Source of the DNA: Takakia lepidozioides
Taxonomy: Eukaryota > Plantae > Bryophyta
Assembly (NCBI GenBank): GCA_030704615.1
Contig: CM060733.1
Coordinates: forward strand, 38,936,001 to 39,000,000
Length of the DNA stretch: 64,000 nucleotides
Direction of reading: 5' to 3'
The notes below the pieces were generated by a model. The model was not told the DNA's origin. It made no database searches and saw nothing but the letters and a program-made list of their open reading frames with translations. The translations under genes and the position numbers were made by a program. This document shows positions 61,829 through 64,000 of this stretch, in pieces (position 1 is the stretch's first letter; each line of letters starts with the position of its first letter).

Positions 61829-64000
61829 CTACCCATGTGTTGTATCCCGCTGCAAAAGAGTATCGACCTCGTTGAAACTCATAGTGGCCTGATGAATGAA
61901 GTTGTCACGTTTGGGATCGCAAACCATCCTCCTCAAAAATATGAAATACAAATGTTTGCAGGGTATGAATTTACCTCTCTTGCCCAAACTGGTTGATAGC
62001 ATATTCACAAAATCAGGACATGTGCAATTGGGGAAATTGGAAACCGTGATGTCGTAGGTCCTGTCATGAACAGCAGATGTGGAAGTGATGATTGTGAATA
62101 CCCGACCATATCCTGGATCGGGTACTTCCGTGGTGCTTCCAACACGAGCTTGGAGCATTCTTGCGGACTCCACTTTGCCAAAGTGTTCAGCGGTTGGAGG
62201 GAAACGCCGAACGAGCTTTCCATCTCGTTTGGTTGGCCACAAGTCAGGATTTGCCGGGGGGACCCGGGAGGACGCAGAAGTAGTAGCATATGCATGGAGT
62301 TGGGGTTGTCTCGCAAGGGAAAAACCTGCCTCCTCCAGCATTTCAATCTCCTAAAAGCTGAGATGTGTTCCCACCTTCACGGGCCAAACGGTTGGAGGAG
62401 TGGCTTCATCACTACGGAAGGACGCACAGTTCCATGCACACATCTGGCACAATCATCTGCGCAGAACCAGAACTTGTGGTTCTTGGCTTCTGGTTGACCG
62501 TATGGACGCATCAAGCCCGTGAAAGTCGGAGCAGGAGTTCGGGCACCACCTCTGGATATAGATGAAGTGCACTTCTCGAAATTAGTTGCCCTGATCGCTG
62601 TACATTTCACACGAGACCCTACACTTGTGCGTTCTATGTGCCAAACGTGGTCGGGGCATGCGGACTCAAGCACATCAAGGGGGTTGTTTCTCTCCTGCAC
62701 CATTTCAGTGGCACTGTTTGATGCTGGAGCTTGCCGTCGTGTTGGAGGTTCCTCCACAATGGAGGTTCCGGACATGGAGCTGTCATGCAGGGGAACACGA
62801 GGCTTCGAGAAGTTATCACGGTCTGCCCTGTGGGAATCTGAATCCGAACCAGGTGGAGTGTTCAATTTCCTCTTACAGGAGCCGAATCTCTCCTCCCCTT
62901 CAAGATGTGGAACTCTAGAAACAAGTGGCGTTCCCTGGGCATACATGCTCACCGCCCGTGCTATCTTGATTGGATCCCCAGATCTGTTTGCAGCACGCAA
63001 CATCAACTCCCATTTGTCCGGACCCTTGCCACCAACCCCACCTCGTAAGAAATCACGGTATCGGGTTTGTTGTTGCAAGGCACGTATCAAATCATCTGTT
63101 GTTGCCACATACAAATCCCGACCTCGTTTCCCAGACTGCTGCAACCATGCGTTGTGCACAGTTTCTGCCAAATTGCAAGATGGCATGTCCGCCATTTCCT
63201 CAATGGACATGTTCTGCAAAGAGGATAACCACACTTCAGAACAGTGCACAGGAAACAACATAAAGAAAGCAATGAGTCAAAATATGGAAAGCAAATGTAT
63301 GAATAAAGCATGAAATAGAAGCCTCGTACCATTGTCATGGCTGCTCCCCACTGTCTATACCGGAAGTGCCAAAACGCCAGCCAATCTTTCAATGCTCTCA
63401 TACTCTCAAGTGATGCAGCTCCAGAAGAGAACCACCATGCACGAATTGTCTGGAACAAAGTGTCCGCCTCCTTCATTGTTCTAGCATCTTTGTACTCTTT
63501 GCACAATTTACGGTGCTGAGTCTGCATCTCTGGTTTGATGTCCGACTTTGTATGTTTTTCTAGAGATTGTGTCCAATGGAATAGACATGTACGCTCTCTT
63601 CCTGGCATAGGCACTTTTGGGTCGCCCGATCCGAAGACAATACGAACAGCATTGAAATTTGCTTGAGCACTATCCGCCATGAAACCTGCGAAATTTGGAG
63701 ATGACAGCCCATGGCAGCCCATGACACGTATCAGGGAATTCCACATGAGCTTCTGGGATTCCGTATCCTCGGATTGCAATTGTCATAACTCGTTGGTACA
63801 CTGGATTGTAGACATGACAAGCCATTGTCGTCCAATCCTTCACTCGTTTCACATGATCAAACATAAGAAAACAGTTCTGCAAGTCCCCAGTCTTCTGCAT
63901 CCGCTTCACGAGGCTAACCCCACTGCCCTCCCCAACAGTCGACATTTTGAAAAGAAAAACTTTGATGGCACCTTGACCTGGGAATACATTGTCCTGGATG
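61829..64000 (-). mobile_element. MULE-3 transposase C-terminal part (DDE + SWIM), running off the window end
   Basis: FLMFDHVKR, GFMADSAQAN, CLFHW, CNLAETVH and SWIM CTCPDF…CKHLY. Intron (~63218-63328) at the same position as in MULE-1. Confidence 0.9.

Overview
Eukaryotic DNA from a land plant, probably a moss or other bryophyte (inferred from the protein families; not proven). The window is TE-dense, has many indels and contains one 500-N gap. It holds two intact-looking spliced host genes: an aldo-keto reductase (~18.0-24.55 kb, with a LINE in one intron) and a B-type cyclin (~55.0-58.5 kb, with MSA promoter elements). Two unusual TE families dominate the rest. (1) A Ty3/gypsy family whose polyprotein can be rebuilt from two overlapping copies as gag-protease-C5 DNA methyltransferase-RT-RNaseH-integrase-PHD. 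Its termini show an A...B-A-B split-repeat layout and a self-complementary (Tf1-like) primer site. (2) Large Mutator-type DNA transposons, represented by three transposase copies (two include the N-terminal GCM-like zinc domain, two the C-terminal SWIM). One is over 11 kb and carries a divergently oriented spliced cargo gene encoding a ParB/Srx-like domain plus a beta-class amino-(N4C/N6A)-methyltransferase-like domain, flanked and interrupted by arrays of co-varying GGAAAT-N-CGGCGCCG-N'-ATTTCC palindromes. The two families are nested (MULE inside gypsy inside MULE). All domain calls are by-eye motif recognition, not database hits.
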